Under the pieces are notes generated by a model that was not told the origin of the DNA, did no database searches, and saw only the letters and a program-made list of their open reading frames with translations. 64,000 nucleotides of DNA, taken from Candidatus Cloacimonadales bacterium (GTDB lineage: Bacteria; Cloacimonadota; Cloacimonadia; Cloacimonadales; JAFGVF01). Shown one piece after another: positions 55,430 through 64,000 of the stretch. The DNA is taken from positions 896,001 through 960,000 of the forward strand of contig OY782781.1 in assembly GCA_963678315.1 (NCBI GenBank), given 5' to 3'. Position 1 is the stretch's first letter; the number at the start of each line of letters is the position of its first letter. The position numbers and the translations under genes are program-made.

Positions 55430-56971
55430 ATGAAAAAGATGTTAATGTTGCTAGTGTTCATACTGCTGACTAGCATGGTTCTTGGCGATAATGTTAATGA
55501 TAAAATCAAGCAAGCAAAGCAAATAGAGAATGAAGATATATTTAAAGCTATTGATATGATGGAGGATTTATATGAATCTAATCCTAAGAATATTGCGCTT
55601 TTAAGTTATTATGGTTTAATACTTAGTAAGGGAGCTGGTCAAGCTAATATGATGAAAGCGGCTAGTTTGGCATCTAAAGCAGAAAAAGTTTTAGACCAAG
55701 CTCTAGAAATTGATCCAGAATATGTAGATGCACGTTTAAATAGAGGAATACTCAAGGTTAATATGCCTAAATTCTTAGGCAAACTAGATGCTGGAATTGA
55801 AGACTTGCAAAAGGTTATTTCAACAAAATCTATTCCCAATGAAGTATTTGTAGCAGGGTGTTACTTTTTAGCAATGGGATATGAAAAGAATGATGAAAAT
55901 TCCAAAGCAATTGAGATGTATAAGAATGTTGTTAGATATGGTTCAGAAACACAATTTATTAAAACTGCTAAGAATAAATTAAAAGAATTAGAAGGTCCTG
56001 CAAAAGATGTTAAAAATAACATAGATTTTGAAAAGAAGGGAGATAAGTATTTCTTTGAGAAGGATTATGTTGGAGCTTATAAAGCTTATATTGAGGCAGT
56101 CGCAAATGATACAACTTCTGTGGAACTTTATCTAAAATATCTGAAGGCAATGGAATATATTTCTAGTGGAGGTTACCCTGAAGAAGTAAACAAAGATGTA
56201 GCTTTCATGACAGATCTTGCCTTCAATGTTGCTGATGCACTTAGACATATTGTACGACTTCAACCACAGGTTGAAGAGTACAGGATTATAAAGGCTGAGG
56301 TTCTTGTTCAATTGCCATTCTTTGTTCAATCTGTTGAAGAGGGAGTAAAGGAAGCACTTTGGATAAGCAAAAATAGTAAGGATAGATCTATTGTTACACG
56401 AGCTAACGATGTGATTAAGCATGGAAAAGCTAAAGCAGAAAGAAAAATACTTACTGACAAGTATGTGGCTAGCGAGAGTGAGGAAGAAAAGACTCAAATT
56501 ATAGCTTCGATGCAGACTTCTGAGACTAGTCAAGCACAAGAATTAGGCTATTCTACAAAGATTATCATGTCACTCGGTTTTGGCGATTACATAGCTCCAC
56601 AAAGTGCAGTTTGGATTGAAGATACTAAAGGAAACTATGTAGCAACTGTCTATATATCAGGATTCAGTGCTAAAGCTAAGGATAAGCAAGTTCATCTACC
56701 TAAATGGGCTAAAAGCTCAAAGTTTGAGGACAGTATTGTGCAAGTTACAGGTGCAAGTATAGATAGTGGGGTACATACATTTTATTGGAATAACAAAGAT
56801 TCTAAAGGTAAAGAATTAAGAAGTGGAGACTATTTTGTTTGCACTGAAGTGGCTCATTGGCCTCATGTTGGTTATTCAATGCAGAAAATAAAGCTTAGTT
56901 TAGGTGGTAAAAGCTACTATCAAAAAGTTAAAGGAGATAATATTATAACAGGTCTTACTGTTGCTTATTAA
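55430..56971 (+). CDS. Secreted TPR protein with C-terminal DUF2271-like domain
   Basis: Signal peptide; TPR-like helices (ALEIDPEYVDA); PQSAVWIED..VTGAS..WNNKD..GDY. Confidence 0.72.
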   Translation: MKKMLMLLVFILLTSMVLGDNVNDKIKQAKQIENEDIFKAIDMMEDLYESNPKNIALLSYYGLILSKGAGQANMMKAASLASKAEKVLDQALEIDPEYVDARLNRGILKVNMPKFLGKLDAGIEDLQKVISTKSIPNEVFVAGCYFLAMGYEKNDENSKAIEMYKNVVRYGSETQFIKTAKNKLKELEGPAKDVKNNIDFEKKGDKYFFEKDYVGAYKAYIEAVANDTTSVELYLKYLKAMEYISSGGYPEEVNKDVAFMTDLAFNVADALRHIVRLQPQVEEYRIIKAEVLVQLPFFVQSVEEGVKEALWISKNSKDRSIVTRANDVIKHGKAKAERKILTDKYVASESEEEKTQIIASMQTSETSQAQELGYSTKIIMSLGFGDYIAPQSAVWIEDTKGNYVATVYISGFSAKAKDKQVHLPKWAKSSKFEDSIVQVTGASIDSGVHTFYWNNKDSKGKELRSGDYFVCTEVAHWPHVGYSMQKIKLSLGGKSYYQKVKGDNIITGLTVAY

Positions 56972-57181
56972 TTAAATCCCAATACTGCACTTAGAATTAA
57001 GGATAAGCAAAAGAGTTGCTTTTCTATCACTTACGATGTTTTGTATAGGTCGCTACATTAATACTTCATGCCTTCTTTAACCTTTAAGAATATTGATCTT
57101 TTCTTAAAGCTTGCAGTAAGGAGGAACTTAGAACCACTATTAGTAGGCTTCCATAGATTTTGTTCTAATTATTTAATAAAA

Positions 57182-57201
57182 TGGGCGTATTTCTACGCCC
57201 A
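57182..57201 (-). terminator. Intrinsic terminator for the minus-strand gene ending at 57223
   Basis: TGGGCGTA/TACGCCCA stem with flanking A/T runs. Confidence 0.7.
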
Positions 57202-57222
57202 CAAAATTAAGCCTTAACTATA

Positions 57223-57702
57223 CTAATCAAAATCCCAATTAATAAAAGGCATTATCGGTAAAACTCCTCCTTCGCTGATAAAGTTCAACAATCCAAGTTG
57301 AACTCCATGAATTGAATCTGAGAAGTTAATAAGTCCAAACTGTAAGCCTTCCATATCATTAGAAATATTAATAGCACTAATTTGTGCTCCAGATAAAGAA
57401 CTGCTTGAATAATTAAATAAATCAGCATACTGAACGCCTTCAAAGTCACCTTCAACAATGTTTCCTAGCCAGCCAATTTGCAATGCTTTTGATGAACCCG
57501 TTCCAAGATGATTAACTATTCCAAAATCAAATCCTGTAAGAGACTTATTTTTACCGTAGATGTTTAATCTTGCTCCTTTAATAGAAACTTCTTCAGAGTG
57601 AATCTGAACAGGATTAAAGAGAGCCAACTGGAATTTAAAAGTTTCAGATGCCAATGAGCTAGCCATGGCAAGAACTAAAATTACTAGTATCTTAAATTTC
57701 AT
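57223..57702 (-). CDS. Secreted GxQxGxxN-repeat protein (LA_2272/VC2662-like)
   Basis: Signal peptide; GLQFGLIN, GVQLGLLN repeats; terminal PFINWDF. Confidence 0.75.
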   Translation of the reverse strand: MKFKILVILVLAMASSLASETFKFQLALFNPVQIHSEEVSIKGARLNIYGKNKSLTGFDFGIVNHLGTGSSKALQIGWLGNIVEGDFEGVQYADLFNYSSSSLSGAQISAINISNDMEGLQFGLINFSDSIHGVQLGLLNFISEGGVLPIMPFINWDFD

Positions 57703-57822
57703 TATTCCTCCATATTATTTAATTTATCTTTATTTTACTAAATAATAAATAGAATATTGTATAAAGCAAGAAGTAGCTAGCTAAAGTAATCTTATATTAA
57801 GTAATAATTAAGTAGTGGACTG

Positions 57823-58296
57823 CTATTTTATAGGAATATAGATATCAATTTCAGAATTAGACTCATCTTGAGGATTGAATCTATCATCATATAATTCAAA
57901 TTCTTCGTGGTCTTTTCTTACTTCATATTTACTATTAGGTAACCATTCTTTGTAGATATAATCAAAGCTATTGCTAAGTGTCATAACTGACCCTTTATGA
58001 GTGAATACAGCATACTTAGAAGGACTTATAGTAATAGCGTCAAAGCCTTGATTGTCTGCAAATTCTTCTTTAGATGCATAACCGGCCATATAGATGAATG
58101 TTGACGAATCTGAACACCCTTCTGGCATAGAACAGATACCTAGGCAGGCTAAATCTTCATTTTCGTCGAAGTGTTTAGCTTTTTGCATAAATTTACCCCA
58201 CAAAGCAGGGCACTTTTCATTTGTTTCTTCAATGCTCATAGTCTCTTTAAAACCAAGTACATACAAGGTTGGTAGTTCAACAAATTTTGCTTCCAT
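57823..58296 (-). CDS. GyrI-like small-molecule-binding domain protein
   Basis: PALW, YAVFTHKG, YIYKEWLPNS, FELYDDRF, IYIPI. Confidence 0.88.
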   Translation of the reverse strand: MEAKFVELPTLYVLGFKETMSIEETNEKCPALWGKFMQKAKHFDENEDLACLGICSMPEGCSDSSTFIYMAGYASKEEFADNQGFDAITISPSKYAVFTHKGSVMTLSNSFDYIYKEWLPNSKYEVRKDHEEFELYDDRFNPQDESNSEIDIYIPIK

Positions 58297-58434
58297 AATA
58301 TACTCCTCTTTATTAGGTATAAAGCAATAAATATCAGAGATTTTAAAAGTGTCAAGAAAAAATTAAGCAATACTTAAAAAATAGTAGGGTTAGTATGGTT
58401 CTCACATGATTTCTGCTTGCGAAAGTATGTATTG

Positions 58435-58552
58435 GGATTGTAGCCATCCCTGGCTACGAAAAAGCAAACTGGATTGTAGCCATCCCTGGCTACGAAAAAG
58501 CAAACTGGATTGTAGCCATCCCTGGCTACGAAAAAGCAAACTGGATTGTAGC
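58435..58552. repeat. 36-nt perfect tandem repeat (3.3 copies) with internal hairpin
   Basis: Unit GGATTGTAGCCATCCCTGGCTACGAAAAAGCAAACT at 58435, 58471, 58507, partial at 58543. Confidence 0.95.
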
Positions 58553-58605
58553 AATCAGTCTTCGCCTGAAACGGTCCCTAGCTACTAAGCTATCTTTGGA
58601 TTACA

Positions 58606-59006
58606 AGCATCTTGCTGGCTTCACTTAGAACATAGTGATATTTGAATTTGTAGGGGTGTATGGCATACGCCCATTTTGCGTAAGCATGAACAAGTTCAAC
58701 CTTTGGTGGATGCTTACACTCCAGAGTAAAATTAGTCGGAACGCCAGCATCTTGCTGGCTTCACTTAGAACATAGTGATATTTGAATTTGTAGGGGTGTA
58801 TGGCATACGCCCATTTTGCGTAAGCATGAACAAGTTCAACCTTTGGTGGATGCTTACACTCCAGAGTAAAATTAGTCGGAACGCCAGCAGCTTGCTGGCT
58901 TCACTTAGAAAATAGTGATATTTGAATTTGTAGGGGCGTATGGCATACGCCCATTTTACATAAGCATGAACAAGTTCAACCTTTGGTGGATGCTTATATT
59001 CCAGAG
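58606..59006. repeat. 140-nt tandem repeat (~2.9 copies) built of REP-like hairpins
   Basis: Units start at 58606, 58746, 58886; contain GTAGGGGYGTATGGCATACGCCC, GCCAGCATCTTGCTGGC and TAAGCAT..ATGCTTA stems. Confidence 0.95.
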
Positions 59007-59097
59007 CTTTATCCTTAATTTTATAAAAGAATTTGACAGGCCTTTAGAGATAAATAAAATCACATTAGAAAAAATTAAATTAGAATAAGGATCGATA

Positions 59098-62000
59098 ATG
59101 TCTTTTGTACATCTTCACAATCATACACAGTATAGTCTTTTAGATGGCGCTTGCCGAATAGATAGAATGATAGCTAAGGCTAAAGAATTGAACATGAATG
59201 CAGTAGCGATGACTGATCATGGAAATATGTTTGGAACAATTGAGTTTTACAACAAGGCAAAGGATGCAGGGATAAAGCCATTAGTTGGCACCGAAGCCTA
59301 TGTAATCAATGGGACTTACGATGACCCAAACAATAAATCACAAAGAAGATATCACTTAGTATTACTAGCAAAGAACCTAAATGGTTACAAGAACTTAATG
59401 AAGCTATCATCGAGGTCATTCACTGAGGGATATTACTACAAGCCAAGAATGATTAAAGACGACTTAAGGAAATATAGCAGTGATTTAATTGCTTTGTCGG
59501 CATGTATTCAAGGTGAGATTCCCAGAAAACTATTAGATGATGACAAGCAAGGTGCTATTGATGCCCTCAATGAATATAAAGAGATTTTTGGAGATGATTT
59601 CTATATAGAATTACAAGACCATGGCTTATCTTTAGAACATGAGGTAATGCCTCAACTTATCCAACTTGCCAAAGAAACTAATACCCCAATGGTAGTAACA
59701 AATGACTGCCATTATCTTAACAAAGAAGATGCTGTCGCTCATGATGTTTTGCTATGCATTCAAACAGGTAAGAAATACGATGATACAGAAAGAATGCGTT
59801 ATGAAACAAGTGATTTATATTTCAAGAGTGAAGAAGAGATGCGTAAGCTCTTTCCAGACGTCCCTGAAGCTTATGAAAATACACAGAAGATTGCAGATGA
59901 AATTGATTTAGAACTTGATTATAATAACTTCCTTTTCCCAAAGGTTGATGTGCCTGAGAAATATAAGGATATGGAAGATTATCTTCGAGGTCTTTGTGAG
60001 GACGGTGCTAAACGTAAATATGGTGAGATTACCGCTGAGGTCAAAGATAGGATGGATTTTGAGCTAGGAGTTATTCATAAAATGGGTTATGATGGATATT
60101 TCCTAATAGTGAAAGACTTTATGGATGCAGCAAGAGAAATGGATATTCCTGTTGGACCTGGTCGTGGTTCAGCTGCTGGATCTATTGTTGCTTACACGCT
60201 TGATATTACCCAGTTAGACCCACTCAAATATGGACTACTGTTTGAAAGATTCTTGGATTTAAAACGTGTAGGAATGCCTGATATTGATATTGACTTCTGT
60301 GGTAAAGGTAGAAGTAAGGTTATTGACTATGTGGTTGAAAAGTATGGTAGAGAAAGTGTAACACAGATTATCACTTATGGTAAGTTAGGAGCTAAGTCAA
60401 TCATAAAAGATGTAGCTAGGGTTATGGACGTCTCTCCTCAAGATGCTAATAAAATGACTAAGTTAATTCCATCTTCTCCTAAGATGAATTTGGAGAAAGC
60501 TCAAAAAGAATCTGATGATTTTAGAATGTTGATGCAGTCAAACGATACATACAAGAAGATTCTAGAAATATCAACAGTTCTAGAAGGACTTATAAGACAG
60601 ACAGGTATTCACGCTGCTGGTGTGGTTATTGGTCCTGGAGATCTAAGTGATTATGTTCCTTTGGCTACTACTCCCCAGAAGAATGGAGAAAATGCTGTAT
60701 TAGTTCAATATGAGGGTAAATGGTTAGATGATTTGAAGCTTCTTAAGATGGACTTCTTGGGATTAAAAACACTTACTATAATAAAACAAGCTATAGATTA
60801 TATTAAGCAGTCACACGGGGTTGATGTAGATATAGAAAATGTAGATTTAACAGACAAGAAGACTTTTGAGCTTCTTTCTGAAGGGCTGACAGATGGTGTC
60901 TTCCAGTTTGAATCTGCTGGTATGAAGAAGTATCTTTCTAAGTTAAAACCTAACCAATTTGAAGATTTAATTGCTATGGTAGCACTCTATAGACCAGGTC
61001 CAATGCAATTTATTGATACTTATATCAATAGAAAGCATGGACGAGAAGAGATTGTCTATGATCATGAACTTACCAAAAGTTCTTTAGCTGAGACTTATGG
61101 TGTTACTGTTTATCAAGAACAGGTCATGCAGATATCCAAGGTAATGGGTAAGTTTTCTAGTGCTGATGCTGGTGTTTTGAGAAAGGCAATCAGTAAGAAA
61201 AAGCTAGATATGATGGAAAAGATGTTTGTTAAGTTTGAGCAAGGTTCTATGGAGAATGGAGTTCCTAAAGATACAGTTAAGAAGATATGGGATAACTGGC
61301 TTGAGTTCGCGAACTATGCTTTTAACAAGAGTCATGCTGCTTGTTATGCATTTATATCATTCCAAACAGCCTATTTAAAAGCTCACTACCCTGTTGAATT
61401 TATGGCTTCAATTCTGTCAGTTGAAGAAGATCCAGCTAAGATACCCTATTTTATTGAAGAGTGTAAGGCCATGAATATTGAGGTTCTTCCTCCAGATATT
61501 AACCATTCGGAAAAAGAATTTACTGTTCATGATTGCAAGATTCAGTTTGGCATGCGAGGAATCAAGAATGTAGGCGATGCAGCTATTGATGAGATTCTCA
61601 CAGAAAGAAGTAAGGGTGGACATTATAATTCTATCTTTGATTTAAGCAAAAGATTGAATAGTACAGCTGTAAATAAGACAACCTTGGAAAGTCTTATTAT
61701 GTCAGGAACTCTTGACCATCTAGAAGGAAACAGGGCACAGAAGTGGGAAGCTATACCGGATGCCATTAACCTGTCTTCTAGTCAAAGAGATAGCAATCAA
61801 ATGACTTTATTTGATTTAATGGGCGATGAAGAGGATGAAGCTGAATATTACCCTGATTTAAAGGATGTAGAAGACTGGAGTGATAGCCTTAAGCTAGAAA
61901 ATGAGAAGGCTGTGCTAGGTTTTTATGTTTCAGGTCATCCTTTAATGGAGTATCGTTCTATAATAGAGGGAATTTCAACTGTTGATTCTCAGTTCCCAAG

Positions 62001-62526
62001 TGTTGGGATTGGAGTCCCTAAGAATGCTTCAATTGTGGGCATAGTTGCTGGATCTTCAAAGAAGAAAAATAAACGTGGTGAATACTATGGGGTTGTTCAA
62101 ATGGAAGATATGAAAGGTAAGTTTGAATTGACTCTTTATAAAGATAAGTTTGAAAAATATTTTCCTTTATTAACTATTGGCGATATATTCTATATAAAGG
62201 GCAATCAAAATAGCTTCAATAATGATGATAGTCTATTGAGAATGAGCCCAATGCTTGTGAAGAGTTTTGATGAGTTCTTAGAAGAAATGAGTGGAGAAGT
62301 AACACTTAGGTTCAATGAAGAACAGATCGAAAAGTTTATGGAGAATGATTATCTCGGTTTGATAAGTAGTTCAAAAGGCAAGCATGATTTAAAACTTATA
62401 GTAGAAACTAAGGACTTCGGAATTCTAACCTTGCAGGCTCAGACCCTGAAAGTTGAGCCTAACAATAAGTTCCTGAAGTTCTGGGATGATTTAGGTGTAT
62501 CTTACCATATAGAAGGGAGAATATGA
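59098..62526 (+). CDS. dnaE: DNA polymerase III alpha subunit
   Basis: HLHNHTQYSLLDG PHP domain, GPGRGSAAGS, MPDIDIDF, YAFNKSHA; TTGACA-16-TAAAAT promoter at 59033. Confidence 0.99.
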   Translation: MSFVHLHNHTQYSLLDGACRIDRMIAKAKELNMNAVAMTDHGNMFGTIEFYNKAKDAGIKPLVGTEAYVINGTYDDPNNKSQRRYHLVLLAKNLNGYKNLMKLSSRSFTEGYYYKPRMIKDDLRKYSSDLIALSACIQGEIPRKLLDDDKQGAIDALNEYKEIFGDDFYIELQDHGLSLEHEVMPQLIQLAKETNTPMVVTNDCHYLNKEDAVAHDVLLCIQTGKKYDDTERMRYETSDLYFKSEEEMRKLFPDVPEAYENTQKIADEIDLELDYNNFLFPKVDVPEKYKDMEDYLRGLCEDGAKRKYGEITAEVKDRMDFELGVIHKMGYDGYFLIVKDFMDAAREMDIPVGPGRGSAAGSIVAYTLDITQLDPLKYGLLFERFLDLKRVGMPDIDIDFCGKGRSKVIDYVVEKYGRESVTQIITYGKLGAKSIIKDVARVMDVSPQDANKMTKLIPSSPKMNLEKAQKESDDFRMLMQSNDTYKKILEISTVLEGLIRQTGIHAAGVVIGPGDLSDYVPLATTPQKNGENAVLVQYEGKWLDDLKLLKMDFLGLKTLTIIKQAIDYIKQSHGVDVDIENVDLTDKKTFELLSEGLTDGVFQFESAGMKKYLSKLKPNQFEDLIAMVALYRPGPMQFIDTYINRKHGREEIVYDHELTKSSLAETYGVTVYQEQVMQISKVMGKFSSADAGVLRKAISKKKLDMMEKMFVKFEQGSMENGVPKDTVKKIWDNWLEFANYAFNKSHAACYAFISFQTAYLKAHYPVEFMASILSVEEDPAKIPYFIEECKAMNIEVLPPDINHSEKEFTVHDCKIQFGMRGIKNVGDAAIDEILTERSKGGHYNSIFDLSKRLNSTAVNKTTLESLIMSGTLDHLEGNRAQKWEAIPDAINLSSSQRDSNQMTLFDLMGDEEDEAEYYPDLKDVEDWSDSLKLENEKAVLGFYVSGHPLMEYRSIIEGISTVDSQFPSVGIGVPKNASIVGIVAGSSKKKNKRGEYYGVVQMEDMKGKFELTLYKDKFEKYFPLLTIGDIFYIKGNQNSFNNDDSLLRMSPMLVKSFDEFLEEMSGEVTLRFNEEQIEKFMENDYLGLISSSKGKHDLKLIVETKDFGILTLQAQTLKVEPNNKFLKFWDDLGVSYHIEGRI

Positions 62527-63632
62527 AGAAACTTTTAATTTTACTTGTCTTTTTGTTTAGTATGAATCTAATATTAGGAGCGAACTTAACTTCTGAAAAG
62601 ATAGGAGCTGACAGCTTTCTTTCTTTTAGGTTAGATTCCAGAAGACTACAAGAAAAGAAAGGTAAGATTGATTATGTTGTTATCCTAGAAGTTCTAGATT
62701 CTGAGGACAAAATATCTTATTTCGGAAGAAAAGAGATAGTCTATAAAACTGAGGAAGTAGCAGAAGATAGTCAGTTACTAATGATATTCAAGACTGATTT
62801 AGAACTTGGAGATTATACTGCTTATCTGAAAGTTAAGAGTAGATCTAGAGGGGATAAGATAGAAGAGAAGTTTGATTTTGAACTTAAGGAAGAACATAGT
62901 GCTTCAAATGTACTCTTAGTAAAAGAAAAAGGAGATGTCTATATAGAACCTAATTCTATCTCCGACATAGACCAAGATTTCTATCTATTGCAATACTTTA
63001 AACTTCCTCCAAGTGAGATTAAGATAATTACTTCTGACAAGAAAAAGCAATTGGAAAGTAGTCTACCGATAGATTCAACTATGTATGTCAAACTTAAAGA
63101 TATTGAATATATCCCTAAATTCACTAATCTTTTCACAGAATTTAAGATTGATGGTAAGGTCTATCAATATCAGCTACGTAAGATTGATAATCTACACAAA
63201 TTCCAGAGACTATACAGCTGGAAGGACCAGTTAAGGCAGATTAGGTACATTGTTGACGAGAATGAATGGCGGAAGGTGCAAGATGATAGATACGAAAGCG
63301 ATAAAGCAAGAGTATTAGATTTTTGGGCTAGGAATGGTCTGGATAAAACTAGCAGTGGAAATTCTCTGCAAGATATTTTCTATGATAGAATAATTGAAGT
63401 TGACAGGAAATTCTCTGTTAATAAGTATAAAAGTGGTTGGGAAACTGACCGTGGAAGAATATATATCAAATTTGGCGAGCCAGACGAAATAGATGTGAAT
63501 AATTATCCAATTGGACGTTATCCAACTCAAACATGGACATATTATTACAGGCAGAAAACATTCTATTTCTACGATAGGTCTCGTACCGAAGATTATAAAT
63601 TATATAACAAAGAAGAAGAGTATGATTATTAA
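62523..63632 (+). CDS. GWxTD domain-containing protein
   Basis: Signal peptide; FW..FYDRI..SGWETDRGRIYIKFGEPD..W.YY. Confidence 0.88.
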   Translation: MKKLLILLVFLFSMNLILGANLTSEKIGADSFLSFRLDSRRLQEKKGKIDYVVILEVLDSEDKISYFGRKEIVYKTEEVAEDSQLLMIFKTDLELGDYTAYLKVKSRSRGDKIEEKFDFELKEEHSASNVLLVKEKGDVYIEPNSISDIDQDFYLLQYFKLPPSEIKIITSDKKKQLESSLPIDSTMYVKLKDIEYIPKFTNLFTEFKIDGKVYQYQLRKIDNLHKFQRLYSWKDQLRQIRYIVDENEWRKVQDDRYESDKARVLDFWARNGLDKTSSGNSLQDIFYDRIIEVDRKFSVNKYKSGWETDRGRIYIKFGEPDEIDVNNYPIGRYPTQTWTYYYRQKTFYFYDRSRTEDYKLYNKEEEYDY

Positions 63633-64000
63633 ACGTTTATTTCTATTGTTTGTAGCCTTGGCTACAACACTTGTTGCATGGGCTGATGATTTGAGAATTA
63701 GTGTGGAAGGGCTGAATTTCTTTGAAAAAAGCGGTAGAACTATTATTGATGTTAATTATTCTATAAAATACAAGAATTTAGGCTTTAAATTCAATGAGAA
63801 GAATAAGATTGCAGTGGCTAATTTAAAAGTTGAATGCGCTGTATATAACAAATCAGGAGTCCTATTAAGAGAAGATTTTTCAGACAAGATAGTTGTTACT
63901 AATGAAAAAGATATCAAATCTGATAGCAAAGTGCATAACAGTCGTTATAGTTTCGATTATGAAGGTGGAGGAAACAATATTCTTCTTAGGTTTACTGATC
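63622..64000 (+). CDS. Secreted protein, 3' truncated (possibly a second GWxTD protein)
   Basis: Manual translation MIIKRLFLLFVALATTLVAWADDLRISVEG...; frame open to window end; overlaps the previous stop. Confidence 0.6.
   Translation, partial: MIIKRLFLLFVALATTLVAWADDLRISVEGLNFFEKSGRTIIDVNYSIKYKNLGFKFNEKNKIAVANLKVECAVYNKSGVLLREDFSDKIVVTNEKDIKSDSKVHNSRYSFDYEGGGNNILLRFTD

Noticed and set aside
58435..58552. CRISPR array
   Set aside because: 36-nt palindromic units are head-to-tail with no unique spacers, and no cas genes are in the window
58406..58588. 60-aa ORF with DCSHPWLRKSKL repeats
   Set aside because: By-product of the 36-nt tandem repeat; no convincing SD
59098..62526. Intein or split in dnaE
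   Set aside because: Normal length (1142 aa), continuous motifs, no intein signatures seen

Overview
AT-rich bacterial chromosomal segment. The 16S sequence, FlgD/T9SS-type C-terminal domains, a PorX-like PglZ protein and GWxTD proteins suggest the FCB superphylum, probably Candidatus Cloacimonadota (inference, not database-checked). Most of the window is core translation machinery: rpmB, the rpsP-khpA-rimM-trmD-SPOUT-rplS operon, a tRNA-less 16S-23S-5S operon, and the S10-spc-alpha cluster (rpsJ to rplQ, including rpmJ, which the ORF track missed). Other genes are adk-ktrB-ktrA-PAS sensor-rluD-ribBA, a porin, several secreted CTD proteins, pgeF-fapA-S41 protease, hflX, a wHTH operon, dnaE and GWxTD proteins. 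Main non-obvious signals: (1) a ribosome-dependent attenuator architecture upstream of hflX (9-codon uORF, alternative helices, intrinsic terminator), with an elongated PTC-probing loop in HflX, i.e. a candidate antibiotic-inducible HflXr-like system; (2) a ~110-nt AT-rich intervening sequence with a 23-bp stem in 23S helix 45; (3) intergenic mosaics of several REP-like hairpin families, including 36-nt and 140-nt tandem amplifications; (4) a structured S10 leader with a boxA-like motif; (5) a secreted protein ending in a WGKIK-type C-terminal motif.
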